DNA of 55,723 nt, the filler included, from Platydemus manokwari (Eukaryota): NCBI GenBank assembly GCA_037951405.1. It is 4 parts of 4 records of this genome, joined end to end, with 100 filler letters (N's around TTAATTAATTAA, not from the genome) between each part and the next. Parts side by side here need not be neighbours in the genome. Positions count along the whole stretch, not along the records: positions 43,843 to 55,723 come from JBBMOY010415555.1; 3 more parts are not named here. One strand, 5' to 3'. The notes under the pieces were generated by a model, which searched no databases, had not been told where the DNA came from, and saw only the letters and a list, made by a program, of their open reading frames with translations. This document shows, piece after piece, positions 45,287 to 55,723 of the stretch (the stretch's first letter is position 1; every line of letters begins with the position of its first letter). The translations under genes were made by a program, and so were the position numbers.

Positions 45287-47322
45287 ATGCCAAATTTTAG
45301 CAAATATTTAAAAAATGCCAATTGCTTTGAGTTTATCCATCCTTGGTGTAATAATTGTGTAGAAACTTTTTTTATCATATGGAAAAATGGATTTAAAGAA
45401 TCGGTGAAAATTTATACAACATTCTATATGGTTATTTAATTATTATTAAACGATTGCTATAAAATAATTTTAGATATCATCTTTAATTACTTTTCGGAAA
45501 TTTAAATATTATTATTCGAAATTTCCAATTGATGTTTTAAGATCTTCATTATTTCTTTCGTTAAATGGAGCTCTATTTACATACTTTATATGTTGTATAA
45601 GGTTACTGATGAAAATATTATTATTTAATAACCTGTTTTAAAGGTACTTCATGAAATTTAATTTATTAACCATTGCTTATATTCCATCGTTTTTGGCTTC
45701 AATGATCTCATTGTCTTTTGAAAGAAAATCGAGGTTTTTCAAGATCTTTATTTAATAACTAAAAAATTTTTCAGGCATCAACAACTTGCTGTATACATGA
45801 TTAATATTGTAAGATAAAAATGGTTTTTTTATAAAGTGTAAATTATTTTTAAAGGCTTTACAAACATGCTATATGATTTTGAAAAGTCGAGGCTATGTAT
45901 CAAGTGTAAAGGATGGAGAAGTTTAATAGTTTTGGATAAGAGCTTGTTATAATTTCTATATTTAGGTGTTGTTATTTAGTATTGCAGCAGCAGGAATTCT
46001 ATATTTATATGTGTAATCATTATAATATTTTCAAAATTGCACTAATATTTATATATAGGCAAAACAAAACTCCACACTATATTTCTAAGCTCATTGGGTT
46101 GTATTTTTATTATTTTATCTGAAATGTTAATTGTTAAAAGTGTTTAGATATTTATTTGGACATTCCGAGATTCCAAAATACAGAAATTCCAATTCCGATA
46201 TGGCATCCATTTCGAATGGGAAATTGCAATTTTTATTTTTGAAAATTCAAAATACGTTTGATAAAATGATTTGTATTTTACAAAAACATCTTAAATTTCA
46301 ATATAAAACGAGACTGTGCATGCATAATTATTCGTGTTTGCAATATGTTATTTTGGTAAGTCATATAAATTGTTATGAATTATATAGTTTTGAAAAAATA
46401 TCAAGACAATATATATGATTTAATTGCCAATAAAAATAAAAGAATAATATAATAATCTTAAATGATAAATAAGAGGTAAACCCATGCGATTATGTAGCCT
46501 ATCTATTTAGGACAATGATTAATTGGTTAGCCGTGATAACTCACGACTTATAACATAGATTCTCTCTTGCGATTGAACCTATTATCACATTTCTATTGGC
46601 TACGTCCAGTAGTTGATTACTTTTTAATTACTTTACCATATATTATTTAACTGAAAACTATTAATTTTAACAATTAATAATTTTATCTATTTATTTGAAG
46701 GGATTCCAGAAACCATTTTTGATCGGAATATTAATAGAGAACGCAATTAATGTTCTGAAATATGCAAAATTTCGTTCGATTACGATATCAAAGTTTACAA
46801 AACTTAAAAATTTTCAATTAGGAATATTTTTAGGTTTATTTTCAATGATTTTCAGAGTAAGCTTAACATTACATTCAATTTACGCCATTTTAACAGTTCA
46901 TGCAATGTACTCAGCGAAAATTATCCAATAAATCATTCGATTCATTTGCATTGATTTCTGGGTTTCTGGCAGGTCTTGCAAATAAGTTTTACCCAAGTGT
47001 TTCAATTTCTATGTACTCAGTTACTAAACTAATTGAAATGTACTGCAGCACATTCTGTTATAAAATTCATGAAAAACTAGTAACGAAATTGATAATCCTT
47101 ATGTATTCAATTGCAACAGCAGTGGTTTTCAACGCGGTAATTTTGTTTAATCAGACATAAAGTGATAATGTCATTTAGGCAATTCTGGAACCAAATAACG
47201 TTCCTAAATCTTATATAAGTTTCCTCAATAAAATCACACAAAACAGGTATTATATTTTATTTATAAATCTAATATAAACAATGATTTGCAGGTTGAGTTA
47301 CATCAAAAGAGAATATTTATAA
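45287..47322 (+). CDS. TMEM135: Transmembrane protein 135 (peroxisomal), multi-exon with short introns
   Basis: MPNFSK...NCFEFIHPWCNNC...ESVKIY, RSSLFLSLNGALF, FALISGFLAGLANKFYPSVSISMY match TMEM135 motifs. Last exon ends TAA 47320-47322. Internal exon boundaries are approximate. Confidence 0.82.
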
Positions 47323-47330
47323 AAATAAGT

Positions 47331-49861
47331 TTAACATTTAATATTTATTTTCAAATATACATGATTTGGACTATTATTATCTCTGATAGCCATAAAATCC
47401 ATGTGGAGCTACAAACTACAAATTAAAAATTATTAAGAAACACTAAGCAATAATGTAAAACTAACATTTTTTCTGAAGTCCTCCTTTGTTGGAAATTCTT
47501 CAAGTTTTTTCTCAATTTCTGGCAAAGCACTTAATTTTAAATTTCCATATTGGCGTAAAGCCCAAAATTTTTCTAAACCATAAAGGCTATTATAGCTGAG
47601 ATCTTTAATAACATTCTGTTGAAAATCCATGTATTCATCCATATTGAATCTCTCTTCATTTTCCAATTTGTAACTAAACATTCTAAACACACATTCCACG
47701 CCATAACGGTAACCTTGTTCTGCATCTTCCCATGCATATTGCTGAAATTCTTTATACATTTTCTTTTGAGTGTTTTCTCGTAAGAAAAAAGACCAAAATC
47801 TAAATAAAGAATTCATTTCTACTGATCTTCCGCGACCAACATTGTTCCTTTCTTCCAGGGCATTTTTCTTGAATTGTTTATAATCACTAAACTTAAATTC
47901 TTCATTCAAAAGTTTTTCGCTAGCATGATTATGGTGAGATATTTTCAAACCTTGTGCTAGCCTTTTACCAGAATCAGGATATTGACTATAACTACTTGAT
48001 GATGAGTTCCTTTTTCGTCTATTTTCTTTATAAATATAACACATCATGCTATCGTCGTTAGACCGGATATCATCATTCTCAGATTCATAAAAATTTAATC
48101 GATGAGTCTGTTTTTTTTGTCTAATACGTGGTTTTACGCTCTTAATAGTCTGTGGGTGTACTTCATTTTTATTATATACGAAAATAACATTATTCAATAA
48201 ATTGTCTAGATCTTCTTTTATCTTTTTATCATAACCAGAAGTAGTACATTCAACATTAGAAATATCATCTTGGCCATCACATGCAGTTACACAACATTCG
48301 TTTAAAAAATCGTAATCGTCATTTGTATCCATGGACTTAAATTTATGAATAAGTACAGATGGGTTGTTGGTACTATTGATCATGCAAATCTTTTCGTCCA
48401 AACTTAGTTCTTGATCAGGGAGATATGACTCGCTTTCATCTTGACTCTAAATAATAATTAGACATTTTATTTTTAATAAGTTAATTACATCATATGTTGA
48501 ACAACTCGAAAATGAATGATAACGATTTCTTGTACTAAACACGTCTTCCAAATTCCTTCTCAAATCCTCTCTAATCAACAGTCATCAACCACTACTTTAT
48601 AATTTAATCATACCTTCGATCTCTGTTAGGGTACGTGTTTTCTATGAATGAATCACTATCACTTACTTCATCCCAACCAGTTACTTTTGGTTTTAAAGAT
48701 ACCAAATAAACATTGCTTTCTTCTAACTCACTTTCCGAATCCATCGTAACACGTTTTTTTCTATAAATCTATAAAGAATTCATTAAATATATTTACAAAC
48801 TATCAATACGCTTACTTTTTTAGTATTTAAAGGAACCTCTTGGCTCTCGTTAAATTCAAAAACGATATTATTATTATTATCGTTTCCATCTAATTAATGA
48901 TATTTAAATTATAAATTCATTTTTCATATTTACCTTTAGTAATAGTTGGCTCTTCATCTTTGATAAATTTATCTATAATTGGTTCCAATTCTTTTTCAAA
49001 ATAATAGAATGTGTAATTTGGAAATGGTAAATCTGATTTCATGTTGAAATCAATGTCCTTTGATATTTCGAAATATTTAAAAACTCCTTCAAAGTTTTCC
49101 ATATCATTTCTTCTTATTTTATTTCCTTCTTTATTAAATTCTAAAAACGAATCATTTATTTTTCCTATTTGAATAGAAAACGGTGGTAATCTTAAATTAA
49201 CCGATATCTAAAAGGTTCGTCATAGATTTAAATATTTATAAATACAATTACATTATACAAATCGGTAATTGTCGTTTTTGTTCTCTTTAATCGTTGAAAT
49301 CCTAGTACTATGTCAATAGGGATCCAACCATTTTCATCCATGTTTTGAAGCATATATGTATCTCTTCGTATATTAGCTTCGCTGAAGTAGAATGATAAAA
49401 GATTCATTCTTACCATCATTATGCTATTCATATATAACATTGTGTTAAATGTTTCTTCTACTGTCTTTCCGTTTGTCATACTTTCCCCTTTAATGTTTGA
49501 GCAAGTTGGTTTTAATTTAGAATTTTTGACTAAATTGAAATCATAATCGTATACAGATTCTTTGATAAAATCTTGGATTGCGTATTCCAAATTAATAATC
49601 TTATTACAATTAACTGCAATTTCTTCTGTCTTTTCGTTTTTCTGATAGAAGTTTAAATTTTATAAATTCAAGTATTCATATTTTTACCTTCTTCAATTTT
49701 TGTTTTTTTGTATAAACGTCAGCATTATGCAAATTTTTCTTCTCAATTTTTAATTGCTGCAAATCCAATTTAACTTAAAAATAAAACATAATTAAATTTA
49801 CATCTTTTTTAGAAACTTTAATCAGTCTCGATTCGTCCAAATTAGGCCACTCTTGATCCAT
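47331..49861 (-). CDS. LARP1: La-related protein 1 (La motif + DM15 repeats), multi-exon
   Basis: La motif [26 protein letters not shown] (ORF 49228..49590). DM15 region [17 protein letters not shown]...[12 protein letters not shown]...LYGLEKFWA (ORF 47433..48401). Candidate start MDQEWPNL at 49861. The terminal exon (47408-47331) is inferred. Confidence 0.88.
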
Positions 49862-50471
49862 CACAACGTGTTAAAATTAATAACCATAAAAAATTTAAAC
49901 AAATTTTTATGTTTAATGTTATTTTTTATTTAGAAGTTTAAAAATTTGGAATTTCTTTAAATTTTGAAATTTTAGTAATTAATTATTTTTTAGGATAGTG
50001 TTTTAAATTATACTATAATAATTTAAAAGTTAAATTCATTTTAATATCAAATTATCTTGGTAAGTTTTATTAACCTATTCACGAATATTAAAAATTATTC
50101 AAACTTTCGATTTATTAATTTGGACGTTTTAAAACAAAAGAACAATATCATACATTATTGAGCCAATTGATTCATCGAGTTCATATAGACTTGGATATTT
50201 TCTCCTAAGCACGATGAAATAATTTATAAGCCATTTATCTCTTTACATACAAGTATGAGCACTAACATCACTTCTATCATATTTTGAGTTCATACATGGT
50301 GGTTGTAAATTTACTGTAATAATTTTTAAACAGTTATTCCAGTTATGCTTAAAGTTTCCAAAAAATTAATTTATTCCGAATTCAATTTTTACTATAGTTT
50401 GTAATATTTGTTTGGTTACACTAATTTATTTTATTACAATATTTTCTAATTTGAACTTTATTTGTGTTTTA

Positions 50472-53295
50472 ATGTATGATAATGGATTTGATTTCGAAGA
50501 CAATGACTTTTCAGATTTATGTAATTAATTAATTTATTTAAGAGATTAATTTTTTTTCAGGTAATCTAGGAGATATTTTCCCCGATATTGAGCCTGTATA
50601 ATATGTTTTCAGTTTTCATTATTAATGCTATTTTTAGTACCTTGAGGATGTAACAAATTCTTACGAAATAGCAAAAGCCGACATCGACAAAAAAAAGTCT
50701 GAAGTTCATATAGACGGTTCAGATAGTGATAGCGGGATTAGTGCAGATAGTAGTGCAAATGGAATTATAAAAAATATTGATTCATCAATACAAAAGTGTA
50801 TCAGTACTGAAGATAAGTTTCCTAGGCCACTAAAAATTACTACAGCAATAATTCCAGAAAACAAAAATATTTTTAAAACATTTTCCGAAAACAATAAAAT
50901 ATTGATTCGAAAACCTGTGTCCTTAAGCAATAAAACATGTATCGAAGCTAAGCAATCAATATTTAACATTATTCCAAAAGTTCCTAATTCTAATTATCAG
51001 AAATCTAAACCGATTTTCCTGAAATCAAACTCACTCTGTTCTGTTGTTACTGAAGATAATAAAAAAGTAAATATTATTTCTATAAAATAAAATATTCAAT
51101 TTTGATTTCATCATAGTCTATTTCTAAGATAACGCCAATAAAATTACTAAAGAGTAATGAAGGGTTACCTATCACCGTTAATGATGTTGAATTTAAAAAT
51201 GTGGATAGAATCTCAAACTTCGATATTTCGAATTCAAGTGAGAATTATTTTAATATTTTCATTACTCAATTTATCCACCATTTTTATTTGATAATTTTCA
51301 TTTTGTTGTCAGAAACTATTAAATCGCTTTTAAATTATATTTTATATGTTAATTATAATTTATTAGATATTTTGAGATCCATATTGATATATGATTCTTA
51401 AAGGATTATAAAAGTAATCCGATGGTACTTTGATGAAATATAATTAATCTTAATTTTTACCTTATAATATATGTTTAGTTAAATTAGAGTAATTTTTAAA
51501 AAATATTAAAATTTTATTTGATATTCATTTGGTTTTTTTTTCTATTTTTCATTTTAAAATACAATCAACGATTTTATTCAGATTTATTATTTTTGATATA
51601 ATTTATAATTATCATTTATTTAGTTTTAAAGAATTGCAAAGTAAATTATATTCCTAAACAAATCACCAATGTTAAAATTGAGATGGATTCATGTTGCAAT
51701 ATATTTTCAACGGGAAATAGAAAAAAGGAAAATATATTTTTAAAAGATGATTTGATAGATATTCCCGATGACATATCATTAGTTGCTAATTATGATGCAG
51801 ATAATTGCGAAAATAAGGAAGGCTCATGTGTGGAATTTTCATCATCTGATAATGTAAAATCTCAGGAATGTCAATCTTATTTTGACATGCTTAACTCTAA
51901 CCAGAACTTGGGAAATAAAGTTTTACAAACATCGTCAATGTATAATAATGTTAATAATATTGATGGCATGATGGATTCTCATCACTATGATCGAATGGTT
52001 AAGAAACAAGAAAGAATGATTAAAAATAGACAGGCAGCAAGTTTAAGCCGACAGAGAAAAAAAGAAGTTTGTTTTGATTACGAATTATTTGATTACTACC
52101 ATCATAGTATGTAGAAAGATTGGAGCATAAAGTAGAGCTGCAGAAACAAGAAAATTTCTATATACAAAGCCAGATGAATGATATACGTGAGCGATTTTGT
52201 GCTCTAGAACAAGAGAATAATTTATTGAAAAGAGATATTCAAACTTGGAGAGAGCGTTATTATGATTTAGAAAGGCAAAAAATTAAGCAAGGCATTACAA
52301 CATCTAAAAATTATGTTAAAAGTAAAGCAGATTTTAATCGGTGTTGGTAATAATTATTATTTATTTATTTTAATTTCAGATGGTGATATTAATAATAAAG
52401 GTAAAGCGTTAAAAGCAACTGCAGCATCGACAACAATTTTGGGAATTTTTATTATTTTAACCATTAATTTTAGTTCATTGAATTTGAATCCTTTTTCTAT
52501 TTATAAATCACAAAATGTAAAAGATATTTCAATTTATAAGAATGATTATCCAATTCAAAACACGTTTCTTGATAATAAATTATTGGGTTAATAAATATCA
52601 TTGATAAGGTTAATTGATTCATTAATTAATTAGGAAGTGAAAGTCGATTAGGACGAACTCTTTTTTCAATAATTGAAAACTCTTCAGTAACAAATGGTGA
52701 AAATTTAAGCAATATTTGCAATAATACAAGTGGAATCAATATTAGTGAAACTCTTAGATTAACTAGAGAATTGAATAGATGGGGATCAAGATTTAAGGCT
52801 GAATCAGTGAAGGTGTACGATCGTTTACAAAATGAAAAAATGAAATCTCAAATTCTCAGTAAAGAGATTGAGTCGATATTTAAGAAATCAAGGCTCCGTG
52901 ATATTCCAGTATCTGCAAATAAAATTAAAAGAAAAAAGGATTCTGAAACTGGACAATTGGAAATTTACTTAAGAAATAGCGACTATGGGTTTTTCGATAG
53001 TTTCATTAATGATATTGACAGAAAACCCGACACACTTTATTTTGTTACTTTTCATTCGGACAATCTTATTTTACCGGCTAGTAACATGAATAAAAATCTT
53101 TCCACTCCTAAAATAACTCTTTTTTTACCAGCTGATATCAATCAAGAGGGTAATCTTTTTAACAATTGTATTATAAACAGTTATATTATCATTATTATTA
53201 TTATTTTAGATAAAAATTATTATAAAATGATGAAAATCGATTGCCAAGTGCAAAATTTTACAATTGTTAATTTAAGAAAAATGAAATTGCCATAA
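50472..53295 (+). CDS. ATF6: ATF6 membrane-bound bZIP transcription factor, multi-exon
   Basis: bZIP KKQERMIKNRQAASLSRQRKKE/YVERLE (41-nt intron 52067-52107), TM TTILGIFIILTINF, S1P-like RTLF, and luminal motifs DTLYFVTFHSDNLILPA..PKITLFLPA..MMKIDCQV characteristic of ATF6. The start exon is tentative. Confidence 0.88.
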
Positions 53296-55723
53296 TGCTA
53301 TAAAGTGTGTAAATATTTGTGATATTATTAAATGTGGATAATTTTCATTGTATTCAGGCGAAATTGTCATAATAATTTCGTTTTTATCTTTTATCATTGC
53401 ACCGTAATCATTTATAAAAATATTTTTGGTTTATATTGTTATCTTCTAAATTTTTCAATGTTTTAATTACAAATATATTGAACTGATTCAGCATTTTCTT
53501 TTATCTCAACTTAATTACCAATCTATTCACTTTAGATTGATTGTAAAAATTATATAAATAAAAAAGAATATAATTAGATATCAAATTTATAGATTTTGTA
53601 GAATTGTGGGTGGGAAAATAATCGAAATAAATAGTCAACATTTACCCAGTACAACAGAACAATTCAGTTTGAATGCTTTTTTTCCATTTATCAACAGCTG
53701 CTCATATTCTAGGACGAAAAACAGACGTAGATGTCAGAAGATTCAAAAACACGGAACGCAGACTTTATCCCGTTGCCAACAAACATTGTTGAACGCGTAA
53801 CACAACTCTATTATCCTGACTACTGGACAATATACTTTGGTTTGTCGTAGACCATAGGCAGACGTTGTGAGATTTGGTGCATTTGTCGGGAGTACCTGGG
53901 TAATGTCCAAAATTATGGATAGTGGTTTGGAGTACCCTATTATACTGCCTACAAATTAGCGATTTGTTGGCTTTAATGTAATTCGGGAATAAAGGATTAT
54001 TACGAGGCCAGGAGGTGAAAATCTCAATTTAAGGAACAGTTTTCATTCTAAAAAATATCAAGGAATAAAGTTTTAATACTTTTGTCAAATAACTGTTGCT
54101 ATTAGAGATGAGTGCTCGAGAGTCTAATTGCGTTGTTCCGATTTGTTGGATGTGTATGTACGACAATGTACTAGAGTGGAAAAATATGTTGTAAAGTTGT
54201 AATTTTTGTGATGTAAAGGCGACATTCGATAACGATTTCGAATTTGTAAGAATGGTTTTTTGAATATCAGAGGCAATGAAGTCCGGTAATCTGAAATTAA
54301 AAATGGTGGCGAATAATTAAACGAAGTCTTTACCAGGATTTAGGACAAGGTTAGCTTTGCATGAAATCCATTGTTTTTAGATGATCTAGAATGTGGTGAT
54401 TTTGTTTAACAAACGGTCAATGTAGTTATTGATAGAATTCCAAATGATGAATGATAATACAGAAAGTCATTCTAAGTGAACAAAAATAAAGAAACTAACG
54501 GAATAATCTAATTAGATAAACTCAAATAAACATAGTAAATACACCAAATTGTGCCTGGACTATATGACATTATAATGCTCGTACAAGGGCATAAATTAAT
54601 ATAAAGCATTAAAAAATAAATGACAGTTGTAGTAAATGGACAAAAACTTATAATAAATGATCAATAGATAGTGATGTAATAGCATTAGAGTCCTCAGAAT
54701 TAGATTTAGACATATATACGATACTATAATCAAGATAATTTTGTAACAATTTATAAAGGATTTATATTGTCTTCAGTAGTTCAGATATAAATAATTAATG
54801 AAAAAGTCCACTAGTATAATATAACATATACAATTACAAATAATATTTTCCACAAACAAAATGTGATTAAATTAACATTTTAAAATAAAGTAAGAAATAG
54901 ACATACCAAGTTAGTAAAACTAACAAGCAAAATATTCACATCAATTTATATAACCTTAAAAATATTTATTATCCATGTCATTTTATTGTAAAACAGTGCT
55001 AGACGCACAGTATAAATACAGAAATAGTTAAATGTAGATTGCCATTGGTAAAATTTTACGAGGTGATCTGTAGCTTGAACCTGAAGAGTTATTGATTTCG
55101 AATTAAAATATCAAAAATATTTCAGTTGATAGTTGTTTAATTGAACTAAAGCTTTCTCTTAAGAAGTCTAGATTCATCATTTTGATCAAGCAGTGAAAGA
55201 ATTGTTTAGAGGTTTAAATGAAAGATTCTAACAAATAGGATCAATACTTTCATACTTTTTAGGAATATTTTATACAACACTTATTACCGACGGATAGCGA
55301 TATCAAATAAAAATGCGACGAATTAATCAGCGAGTGAAATTCAGGAATAGGAAAACAATTAAACTGTTTGGAAGAAAAGAATATAAAAAATAGACAAGGA
55401 AGCCAAAGGAATAAGAGAAGTTTATGAGGGAGCAATAATTACGAAAGAACCGATAATAAAACCATGATAGAAGATATTAAAATCATAAGGCAAGACCGGA
55501 AAGAGTAGAATTAATAATTCACAAGACAGTTTCAATGACATCAAGATGATAAAATTGAAGAAGAAACTGTGGGCATATTATTAGGTTGTAAATAAAGTTC
55601 GCGGACAAAATTGTAAATAAAAATTTGCCATCACGTTTTGCCATCAATTTATTCAATGGATTAATTATTTTATTATTATTATATAATCTCTTTTGGATTA
55701 CTAATATTTTTGTTCACTAGATG

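Noticed and set aside
53600-54470. Possible minus-strand multi-exon gene (open stretches near 54290-54080 and 54020-53765)
   Set aside because: No phase-consistent gene model could be built and no domain was recognised; left unresolved.

Overview
AT-rich metazoan genomic DNA, probably a flatworm/planarian-like spiralian (inferred from composition, AAT microsatellites, ~40-60 nt introns and a NeSL-type element). It consists of four contigs joined by artificial 100-nt N/TTAATTAATTAA spacers. Host genes: NR2E3/PNR nuclear receptor (DNA-binding exons), LAMTOR2, a SHARK/HTK16-type SH2 tyrosine kinase, TMEM135, LARP1 and ATF6, plus small transposon relics (hAT, Tc1/mariner MITE, Polinton-like ATPase, NeSL-like non-LTR 3' end). 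The main feature is a ~14.4 kb Ty3/gypsy LTR element with intact ORFs (15491-29894) and a tRNA-Trp PBS. Its single 3243-aa ORF reads: Gag (4 CCHC knuckles), ubiquitin-like and AT-hook-like accessory region, internal signal peptide plus a chuvirus/herpes-gB-like glycoprotein with TM, PR-RT-RNaseH-IN, then a second signal peptide plus a second type I membrane protein. A putative fusogen therefore sits in frame BETWEEN gag and pol. A downstream ORF2 encodes an apparently catalytically dead ISG20/REXO4-like DEDDh exonuclease. The two LTRs carry different minisatellite arrays at the same position. All family assignments are by eye from motifs and need HMM or structure confirmation.
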